A stretch of 64,000 nucleotides of DNA, from contig CM022672.1 in the NCBI GenBank assembly GCA_012295275.1, forward strand, positions 4,278,001-4,342,000, written 5' to 3'. A program made the translations under genes and the position numbers. The stretch comes from Chrysomallon squamiferum. Lineage: Eukaryota; Animalia; Mollusca. How positions within the stretch are numbered: the stretch's first letter is position 1; the number at the start of each line of letters is the position of its first letter. The notes under the pieces were generated by a model that was given only the letters and a program-made list of their open reading frames with translations, had not been told where the DNA came from and made no database searches. Positions 1 to 10,723 of the stretch are shown piece after piece.

Positions 1-1364
1 ATACTAAGGCGTGTGAATATGTCTTGTGTGAACAATAACGTTTTAAAAGATCAACACACTTTTCCATATTAACATGTTTATGTTATATAACCCGTGCTAC
101 GAAGTGGCGTGTTTTTCCCATGAAAACTAATAATTTATTTTTTTGTTCACCGTTAGAACCAGTTTCATACAACAAAAGGCGTTTCTCAGGTGAGAACAAA
201 AAGCTCACCTGGATGGGGCCCCGGTTCTATGAAACTTGATTCGTTGTTATGTGACCTTAACGGTTACTATAGAGAAACAGAGCACTGAAATTTATATTTG
301 TTGAAATTTCAGAATGACTCATCATAATATCACAAAAGACTCCAACGGTATTTTTTATATTATTTTTTTTATATATTTTTTTTTCTTCTTCTTGTTCTTT
401 CATTCTTCAAAATTTATATGTATATCTACTTTTTTCTTTTTTTTCTTTTTTTTTATGGGCTGTAATTTAATTTCCATCATGTTGAGGTCTGCTGCGCATT
501 GAACAAAAGCTCGGTTTATTTTCGTTTGAAAAACATGTCATTCGAGATGGGGATAACGGTAAACAGAAGGTCAAAGAAATTGTTTTAAACTGCGGTCCCG
601 TTAGATTCTCGTGTCATGTTGCTAAGGAATACGTGAAGAAAATAACCTTCAGAAACTCGCCATCCGTGAATTTAAAACAGAAAAGAAAACGCAAAAGAAA
701 AAGAAAAACAGTAGCAATCAAATTATGTGGCTCAGGTTTGCTCCAGAATATACCCAGGGAAATGGGGATTCGAAGGGTGCAGGATAAAATCTGCTGGGTC
801 AGAGTGAATAAATAGTGTTACTAATACCATTAATACATTAAAAACTTCATTAACTATATGCAGTGTCACTTCCATTATAAAACATCTACTTGCAGTAACA
901 CAACTAAACAACAATTAATTCTACTACATCAGCGACAACAATTACTACAGTTACTAAAACTACCACAACAACTGTTACTACTATATACTACTACTATATA
1001 CTACTGTATACTAGATATATTTCTAAAGCAAATAGCATTGTCATTAAATTTAATGTCTAATGGTGATGTCTGATAATGGTTTGTAATTTTGTCCTCTTTT
1101 TTTTCTATTTGTGTAACGTACTCATGCCAGTTCTGGATCTCTCGTCCGAATTTCTTGTGACCAGAAATACTTCGGATCTCTGAATGTTTTGGATTTTGGG
1201 ATAAAAATTATAAGGAATAGGATCTAAATTTAAATACTCAGTCGATTTGTATTTCATATAATCATAAACAGTTTCTGTAAAGTCGGCGGGTATTATTATT
1301 ATTTAATTATTTTGAGTAGGAAACTTCGTTAAATTATTTCGGATAGTAAGAATTGAACAGTACG

Positions 1365-1437
1365 GGTTTCGTGGTGTAGTGGTTATCACGTCTGCTTCAC
1401 ACGCAGAAGGTCGCGAGTTCGAGCCTCGCCGGAACCT
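1365..1437 (+). tRNA. tRNA-Val-CAC: tRNA-Val (anticodon CAC)
   Basis: 73-nt cloverleaf: acceptor GGTTTCG/CGGAACC, D-arm with TAGTGGTTATC (A box), anticodon stem TCTGC/GCAGA with loop TTCACAC (CAC at 1398-1400), T-arm GCGAG-TTCGAGC-CTCGC (B box). Resembles metazoan Val tRNAs. T5 run at 1470-1474 is a likely Pol III terminator. Confidence 0.95.
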
Positions 1438-1642
1438 TGTTTATCTTTCATTTGTTAAATGTTTCTTTGTTTTTAGTCCCTAATTTGCCACGGTATTATA
1501 AAGCGTTTTTGTAATACCTTGTTACGTTTTTATCTTATAAAAACTACTGTTATAATTACCACTGTTACTACTATTACTGTCAACATCACCAACATTATTA
1601 TTTACTTAATGAATTGAATAAGAATGTTTAAAAGGCTTTCAA

Positions 1643-1643
1643 A

Positions 1644-1708
<65 letters not shown>
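1643..1708. repeat. (CA)n microsatellite
   Basis: Directly visible CA run with two CG interruptions. Confidence 0.95.
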
Positions 1709-1710
<2 letters not shown>

Positions 1711-2289
1711 CATGTATAATCATGAGGATCGTGGTTCAAATCCTGCTTGTAGAATGGCTTGTCTGTATTATAGCGGAATAAAGCTCGTTTTTCGTATCAT
1801 GATAACATTTCCTTTCTAATTAATCTCTTTTCTTCGATAAGTACGCTTATTCGACAACACAGTACTTGCGTGGCAGTTATGCCTACCTGATTTCAACAGA
1901 CACTGGAAAATGGAATCAAAATGCCAAACTGTTATCAGCTGGATAGAAAGTATTGTCGGAAGTAATAATAATGGAGTCGACCGGTACCAGACGTCTGATT
2001 ATATTTTAACTGAGATTCAGCGGAATGTAACATCTACCGATAATAATACCGTTAATCACCTGAACCCCCTGACCCTTGACACGTGTAGCAGCGTAACAAG
2101 GTAGTCATAACAACTGACTACGTTACAGGTAGAGCACTAAGATAAAACAAAAGGAAGAAACAAATCAACCTTTGAGGATATTGTTTGTGAGCAGAACTAT
2201 TTTTCAGTGAATTCTTCGGATACGGAATGTTAAATGAAAATTTGCCTCACAAAATTCCTTTCTTTTAATTTGCTCTACTTGGGTGTTGT

Positions 2290-2291
<2 letters not shown>

Positions 2292-2366
<75 letters not shown>
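2292..2366. repeat. (CT)n microsatellite
   Basis: Perfect CT run. Confidence 0.95.
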
Positions 2367-2369
<3 letters not shown>

Positions 2370-2399
2370 ACACATACACGCACACACTCACATACACAA

Positions 2400-2560
2400 A
2401 CACAAACACAACAGTAATTTTTCTTGGCGGGAAAGTTAGCCTGAACTGGCGGGAAATATCGCATAGCTTACTAAACGACACTTGTGTTACGTACACACAC
2501 GCAGCCACAGGTTTTTCTCGGCTTAATTTTACCGATACCTAGCATGTCTGGCAAGGTGAA
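2400..2560. promoter_or_regulatory. CpG-rich element with tandem E2F-type sites
   Basis: TGGCGGGAAA at 2425-2434 and 2447-2456 (reverse complement TTTCCCGCCA matches the E2F consensus). Confidence 0.4.
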
Positions 2561-3583
2561 TTTGTTTGATTTTTTCTTAACATTCCCTTCGACTTCCTTC
2601 AGTGTCGAGAAAAGCAGTCCCATAGCGGTATCTGCGGAATGGAATTTCAAGAGTTATTGATCTGGGTGCAGTGCTTTCAAATACAGTATCTGTTGATTGT
2701 CGTCTGACGTTTAATCCAGTACGAATGGTGCGCACGCATTTGGGGAGAGCTTATGTAGCAGAAGAAAACTTCGAAATATGAGGGACGTTTTTCAAAGAGA
2801 TAAAAGTAATGTAAAAAAAATAAAAAATAAAAAATAAAAATAGAAACTGCTAACTCAGTTGTAAATTTTAAAGCATCGTGTTTGAAATGTGGTTGGCATA
2901 TGTGTGCGCAGTATGGGTCGAAATTTTTGTCAAGTTTCGAAAGAAGAAAGTAATATTTTCCTTCTGGAACATTATAATTATCTATCTGTCTTTATCTGTC
3001 TCTCTATCTGTTCTAAAACAAAAGAGTTGATGTTATTAATATATATATATATATAATATAAAACTGTTATTTTTTCCCAAGTGTTTGAAAGGTTAAACTA
3101 TTTCTTGATTTCATCAATGCATCTGTTCATCCATGCATAAAACGCATCCACATACAAACACACATGCAGATCCTCAACCACCCACACAGATACATTCACA
3201 CATACAGATGCGCGATGATACATTTAGATATGTACACAGATACATTCACATATTTATAAACATAAATGTACACACAGACGTACATACATGAACACACATA
3301 CACATACACATACATACACTGATAATAAATTCATTATAAAGTTTGGCATGTTTTCGGTATTACGTCACAGAAACAAGTGCACCAGCTTTGTTTATTACGT
3401 GGCAGCCTGGTCTAAATCTCCCTACCCAGATCCTGCTCCGTGTTAATTAGTGGTGTTTTATGTCACAATTACACAACTTGATAAAACGTCTGAAAGAACA
3501 GGGATGATCCTCTCGTAATTTATTTCCTGAAATCATTTCAGCTGTTATCACAATAATAAACTACCGTACACGTGTCAGGGAGA

Positions 3584-3587
<4 letters not shown>

Positions 3588-3676
<89 letters not shown>
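3588..3676. repeat. compound (GT)n(GA)n microsatellite
   Basis: Directly visible. Confidence 0.95.
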
Positions 3677-3678
<2 letters not shown>

Positions 3679-3799
3679 TAAGACAAAATGAGACAATTAT
3701 ATAGAGACACATAAAATGCAGAGTGTGAGATAGAGAAATAGACAGACATAGAAAGATACAGTAGGAATAGTGCAGATTGAGAGAAAGAAGCAGAGGTAT

Positions 3800-4520
3800 T
3801 ACGAGACACAGATACAGAAAGAAGACGAGAATATTAGACAGAGATACAGACAGAGAGGAGAGATAGCATGAGCCAGATACAGTCAGAAAGAAGAAGAGAT
3901 AGTATGAGTCAGAGATACAGTCAGAGCGAAGAAGAGACAGTATGAGTCAGAGATACAGACAGAGCGAAGAAGAGACAGTATGAGTCAGAGATACAGTCAG
4001 AGCGAAGAAGAGACAGTATGAGACAGAGATACAGACAGAGCGAAGAAGAGACAGTATGAGACAGAGATACAGACAGAGCGAAGAAGAGACAGTATGAGAC
4101 AGAGATACAGACAGAGCGAAGAAGAGATAGTATGAGATAGATACAGACAGAGAGGAGAGATAGCATGAGACAGATACAGTCAGAGAGAAGAAGAGCTAGT
4201 ATGAGGCAGAGATACAGACAGAGCGAAGAAGAGACAGTATGAGATAGATACAGACAGAGAGGAGAGATAGCATGAGACAGAGATAGAGAGAGAAGAAGAG
4301 ATATGAGTCAGCAAAACATTCAGAAAGAAGAAGAAATATGAAACAGTGATACAGACAGAAAGAAAAAGACGTAGTAAGAGACAGAGATACAGAGAGAAGA
4401 AGAGATAATATGAACAGAAATACAGAGAGAGAAGAAGAGATAGCATGGGACAGCAATGATATGAATCAGAGATACAGACAGATGTATGGACAGACAATAT
4501 GAGACAGCGAAAGAGTGTAT
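3800..4520. repeat. purine-rich minisatellite, 38-bp core unit AGTATGAG(A/T)CAGAGATACAG(A/T)CAGAGCGAAGAAGAGAC
   Basis: Near-perfect 38-bp units start at 3901 and 3939 and continue, decaying on both flanks. Explains the low-complexity minus-strand ORFs at 3921-4740. Confidence 0.9.
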
Positions 4521-5264
4521 GGAATAGACACACAGAACGACCAAAAGACACCAGACAAACACAGAGACGTAGATAAAGACAGACAGACAGACAATCAGAT
4601 GCATAACCAGACATAAACAGATAAACACACTGAGATACACACGGAAATGAAAAGGTCGACTGAATGTTTACATACGTGAATAACAGCAAGAGACTGCTCT
4701 TGTACGTATATGTGTGTGTGAGTTTTGTACCTTTTCGCATCTAACTTCTTAATAAATCTCTATAGATGTATCAACAACGGAAATCTTGTTTAAAAACGAA
4801 TTATTCTTGTACTTACAACTTATATTCATTTTGTTAAATTGTATTCTGTGTTACCACAAGTTGGCTATGTTTCGTTTGCACTAAGATTTCTGTCATGTAA
4901 AAACTTAATTCTTGGCTTTTATTCTTGGCTCATTCTTTAATTAACATCATCTGGAAGTTTTCATATCTGTCATAATAAAAAGGGTAAAACAAGGGACGAA
5001 TCCAGGGCTTCTGAAAGAGTTGTGGACCCCTCCAGTTATATAATATTATATATATTTATTTTTTAAATGGCTATAATAATAAAAAAAAAAAAAAACTACT
5101 ACTACTAATAATAATAATAACAACAACAACAACAAAAATAATAATAAATAAGTTAAAAATGATCGGTAAACATTAGCGATGAGTTACGATGAAGAAAGTG
5201 ACTCCTGCCTGGATGTGCTCTTTGGAAAAACTTTCATATTTTTTGATTCACTATAAAACTGTTA

Positions 5265-5265
5265 A

Positions 5266-5334
<69 letters not shown>

Positions 5335-5369
5335 TAAATAATAACAACAACAACAACAACAACAACAAC
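5265..5369. repeat. (TAA)n/(CAA)n trinucleotide microsatellite
   Basis: Directly visible. Confidence 0.9.
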
Positions 5370-5917
5370 TTTATATATGTGTAGATTATTGGTTTAGAAA
5401 ACATATATTCAGTTTTGTTATGTTTTCTTTTTTTTTTTTTTTTTTTTTTTATCACACTTTCAACGAAAGGATCAACGCGTTCTGGGACAGAAACTGTCAA
5501 ACACTGCAAGTATTTGCTTGAACCAATTACTGACAGTAAATACGACGACTTCAGAGAAGAAATCAGAGAGAGACAGACAGAGACAGAGACATACGGAGAC
5601 AGAGGGGGAAATGTAACGTAAATGGGTCGGACACAGTTCTCGAGCACCAAACAACTTTAACAACTTTTGTAATCCTTGCCGCCTTTTCTGTGTGCTCCGT
5701 TAAAAGAAAACTAAAACCAGATGTGAAGACACGCACGCCTCCCCCCACACCCCCACTCCCACCCATACCACTCCTCTAGGAGCACTACCGTTGGCGGGCG
5801 AAGATTTACGAGTCGTACCGATAATACAACTTCTTTACCATTCCTGCGTTAAAACTGAACTAAAGTAAAAAATAAAATAAAATAAAATAAAATAAAATAA
5901 AAATAATTAAAAAAAAA

Positions 5918-5948
<31 letters not shown>

Positions 5949-6614
5949 ATTAATTAATTAATTAAAATTAAATTAAATTAAAATTTTTTTTTTTTAAAAA
6001 GATGATAAATGAAAGAAAGAAAGAAATAAAATATATTGCAACTTGTTTTTAATTGCAGAAGTAGTAGTAGTTGTTGTGGTATTATTAATATTTAACAAAA
6101 TAAAATTAAACAAAACAATAACAAATAACAATTATAATAATGAAAATTAATAATGAAGGAAATTAATAATGAATATAACATATTTTAGCTGACAGTTTTA
6201 GACTGTGCAGGATTTTCCAAAAACATGTATGAAATTCTAGAATTTACGATCTATTTGTATACTGGTAACAGCAAGTGTGTCTATATTTAAGCAGTGAAAA
6301 AGTACGAGACTGGAAAAAGCATTTGACAGTGGCGGAAAATATTCCAGTAAAACTCTTTAAGCATTAAAATTTTCTAAACGTAAATCATTGGCTTTGTGGT
6401 AATTACACCCACTTTTGAGCGCCTGAAAAACTAATCGTGACGAACGCTCACTTCAAAGGCTTTTAGAATAAATCGGCCTCCTCCTTTTCCCGTTCCAGCT
6501 ATTACCTTTTCAGATTTTTGATTAATTTCTTTTTCTGGGGTTCATTAATAGAATGTTTTCAAGGATTAATATGCCAGAGTGAGAGTATTAGGCTTTACCG
6601 ATTCCAAAGAAGGT

Positions 6615-6700
6615 CCCTAGGCTGGTTTATCTAAGACATTGACGTTTGCACCATCCCACCTTTGGGGAAGTGCATATAAAAGATACTTGCCTGTCAACTG
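6615..6700 (+). mobile_element. decayed SINE-like remnant (Deu/Nin-domain-like core)
   Basis: GTGCATATAAAAGATACTTGC core; GTGCATATAAAA recurs inverted at 13819-13830. From memory it resembles the core of mollusc tRNA-derived SINEs; not database-verified. Confidence 0.45.
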
Positions 6701-7552
6701 TGAATCTAATGAACCTTCACGCTTCCAGGGCCCTCAATCTCGAACGGGTCCTAGATGCGACTATACACCACATTGCTTGAAATGTTTAGGTGGTACGTAG
6801 AATAATGGAGCTAGCTTAGTGGTGATTAGCTGGGTGTCCTGCTGATATCTCAGATGGAATTAGGACTTAGGAATTAGGTTTATACTGATCTGGATGACGC
6901 AAATGAAAAAAGGTAACAAGAGGTTATCCAGACCTCGTTGCTGGTTGCGAAGGGCCTCCATAAGAGTATAAGGCATCCATCCACTGGTCTTTCTTCTAAA
7001 AATAGCAAAAAGAAGAAAGACTCTATAGCATGTCACTGATGGATCAGGTGGAAGGAAGCAATTTCCCATCAGGTGTACTGCGCCGACTTACGTTTCTGAG
7101 TTATGCGTTTAATGATAAAAATTATATAACTTCACATCTGTTGTTTGTCTAAACTGACAATACTTATATATTTTTTTAATCTCTTTTTAATTTCCGTGTC
7201 AGTCAAGGCAGTCCGAACGTGACATGATAATTCCACATAAGAGACAAAATTTGTCGTTTTTAGAGACGCAAAATATGCATGATAACTGATTATCTGTAGC
7301 CTGGTTGGACAAACACTGGTACCATTCTGTGAAACCACACCAGCGGACATAAAAAAATGTCAGGCTAAGTTAATACAATAAAAGATATATGAGTTTGTAC
7401 CTGGATACTGTATTAAAGTGACTGACAGTATATAGGGGGGTTATAAATAACACACTTGATGAACCTGGTTTTAAAAAAATGAGAAGGAAAATAGAAAACC
7501 GCTGCACTTTTCATAATCTGAATTAAAATTTCCTGACATATATTAATTAAAG

Positions 7553-7556
<4 letters not shown>

Positions 7557-7642
<86 letters not shown>

Positions 7643-7686
7643 AGTGTGTGTGTGTGTCTGTCTGTCTCTCTGTTAGTGTGTGTTTT

Positions 7687-7718
<32 letters not shown>

Positions 7719-7825
7719 CCCCTCTCTCTCTCCCTCTCTCCCTCTCTCTCTCACTCTCTCTCTGTGAGTCTTTTTCTCGTTCCCTCTCGTTCCCTTTCTC
7801 TCTCTCGTCGCCTCTTTCTCCTTCA
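7557..7825. repeat. (TC)n microsatellite plus degenerate pyrimidine-rich tract
   Basis: Directly visible; source of the RERERE/SLSLSL ORFs. Confidence 0.95.
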
Positions 7826-8167
7826 TGTTCCCACCCCATCGCACTGGTTTCCCTCCCTATCTCATGTCTAACATTTGTATTTTGTTTCACTTGTCTTTTG
7901 TTACTGTTACTTTACTCACAGGTGTTTGACTCAACGGTATCCGCAGGTAAGCACGTCTTTTCGCCCAATCAGCCGGCAACCTTCGGGCGTTTTCGCCTGT
8001 GATCAAAGTGACCCATTCCTGGGGAAGCGCGACCTTTTGCTGCGACACTGTTGGCACAACGTGCTCACTCTGACGAGGTGAGAGTGACTCACGCCTGCTC
8101 ACTGAAGAATGAGAAATAAATGGAAATAAAACATCAGCGACTTTGGCGACACCTACACAGAACAGAC

Positions 8168-8276
8168 CTGCAGCGCAGTGGTTAGAGCACTCCATTTATT
8201 CTAGCATCAAACCCAGATCCAAGTTTCAGTCTTTCCTCTAAGACTGGTAGATACGTGCTGTCCTGTCTGTGGAAAA
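8168..8276 (+). mobile_element. decayed tRNA-derived SINE 5' fragment
   Basis: A-box-like GCAGCGCAGTGGTTAGAGCAC (8170-8190) without a cloverleaf, followed by GTGCTGTCCTGTCTGTGG, which resembles the body of the same SINE family. Confidence 0.35.
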
Positions 8277-10060
8277 AAACTAAACAGATTAGAACGGCGG
8301 TTCTTAAACTCGGGGAATGGTTCAACAAGGATGAATGAAATTATGAATCTAGAAAGAGAAAATAACCAAATAGTTAAGGAAATTAAGTCGCGGGTGAATG
8401 ACACTGAAATAGTTTAAGCAGTATTGCATTAGAATTTTAAAAAATATTATTACATCCAAAAACAAATAATATTTATTTAACCACTGTGCTCTAGAAATAT
8501 AATTTTTAATACGAAAGTTTTATTTTTAAATTTTTAAATATTCAATTAAAGATTCGTGAAACAACTGTCTTATATAGAACCTAAACGTTAAACTAATAAA
8601 TAAATAAATCTTTGGTTTTAAAAAACCTATACATATTTCATATTAATATTTTTTTGTATTATGATACCACAGTAAAGTTATTTTGAAGTTTTTGTTTTCC
8701 TAAATACTGGAATAGACAAACTGAACCCTCTTTTACACTAATCTCGGCAAACCGGTTGGAACGATAAATCGCATATCAGCCGGGCCGAAGAGCAGTGATC
8801 GTTTATCCATTTTCCCCTCAGTGGAGAACTCTAACCTCTGGACGCAGAAGATCTGAACGCAGGTGGTCAGTGTTCTGTTGTGATTTCCACCTAAAGTTAA
8901 GTGTTAGACCAAAATATCACTTATGTCATGTCTCCTGGATTTGCGGCACTTTGCGGATCACAACCACTGTTTGACTTCGCTTGTAACGGTAATTAGTCTG
9001 ACCTGTTCTTTACTTTGCAGGGCGACTGCATTTAACAGAAATGACCTTTTTCGTTTACTTGTGTGTTAAAACGCTTTTGTTTCTGAACCCTGGAAAAAGT
9101 TAATGGGAATTCTTTAGAGTTTTTTTGTTTTAAGATTTTAATTTTTTTTTTTTTTTTTTTTTTTTTTACCACAAATCATTTACGTTTTTCTTTAACAACA
9201 TCACAAGAACACGTTCAATAATTTTCTAACACTGGTAATTGTAATATTTGGGAATTCGTTTGGTTAGCAACGAAATTAATTATTACATGTGCTATACTTT
9301 GGAAAATATTATAGACATATTTTCAATTTATTTTTATATATATATTTTTTTTTTTTTAAATCAAAATCATATCTAGATTTCGCTGATCTTCGTATTAAAC
9401 TTTTTCTTCAGATGTCACGACTACATCAAGTTGTTTTTTTTTATGCCGTGATATACTAACCAATAAGAATACTTGAGGGAAATCTGCTCCAACCAGCTCT
9501 CGTATGAATAACTTCCCTTCCTTCTTTTTTTACAGTTTACAACAGCAGCAGCACTCATTACGGTGATTGCAGGCGAATTACTTTGTGAAAAATGACAAAC
9601 ACGCTTTCCTGTTATTAAGCAGTAATATAATTATTATTATAACTTTTGTCTTCTTACTTACGTCCCTGGCATTCTAACGGATGTGTAGCAGAAGCGTCCT
9701 TGAGCGTAAAGCTACTCCGACTCGCACGTTGAATCGTAATTCTTTCCTTTGTGCATTTCACCAACAGTGGCAGACGTCGTCGTACTTCGGTAGACATCAA
9801 AAAGGCAGCAGATGAACCGCGTTCGAGAGAGAGTCTCTTAAGTGGTTGAAGATAATTAGAACATATAATCGTGTCGCAGAGAATAATTTTGATCTCGGTA
9901 AGAATGAAAATGTAGTAATGTTAGGTGAGTATTGTATAATGAAAAACATAAATGGGTCGGGATATAGTTTTTGAGCAAGAATGTTCATTTTTGTCTTAGG
10001 AAAAAAATAATATAATACCAAAAAAAAAAAAAAAAAAAAAATGTATAATGATATAAATTT

Positions 10061-10096
<36 letters not shown>

Positions 10097-10685
10097 TGCT
10101 TAAATATGAGACCCTTTCTCATGTCATCAGTGGAACAGACAATTTTTCATCTCGACTTTTTCTTTCCATTAAAAGATCAAACTAACAGATTAAAATTAAA
10201 TCTGTCAACAATACGATTATGTTAAATATATACAAAATGTATTTTCATCCGTTACACGCAGACACATGTATAATCGGATGAATATAAATAAATAAATATA
10301 CGCAGACGTGCAAAAAAAAAACACAGACACCCGTAGTTATCGTCGCTGAAGCAGCGATGGATAAAAACATTAACTCATACAAGCGAACGGACGGATAAAC
10401 AGAAAACTAACTTGGTCGTTAGCAACTCATGTGAGCAAAATAATAAAAAAATAAAATAAAATAAAAAATAAAGAAACAGACATTTCTAAAAACTTACATT
10501 CCAACATGAAGCATGCAACGACATTCTAACGAAGTCAAAAATCTTTTTGTTGATGCGAGCTTTTGGAGTCAAATCAAGTAAAACAAATATGGCCGCTATT
10601 TGTACAAATGAAAACAAACACGAAACATATCTGGTTTAATTTATACGGCTGTGTTAAAATCTGTAGCGAGAGATAGGGAGGATGG

Positions 10686-10723
<38 letters not shown>

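Noticed and set aside
2204-2508. RERERE ORFs, and similar ones at 7543-8002, 12964-13621, 31178-31433 and 38798-38995
   Set aside because: Translations of (GA)/(CT) microsatellites with no coding signal.
3800-4520. 38-bp repeats as a CRISPR array, and the 81-186 aa hydrophobic ORFs over them
   Set aside because: Units are contiguous with no unique spacers, there are no cas genes and the DNA is eukaryotic; the ORFs are repeat artefacts.
8168-8240. Second tRNA gene
   Set aside because: Only an A-box-like segment; no anticodon arm, T-arm or acceptor pairing.
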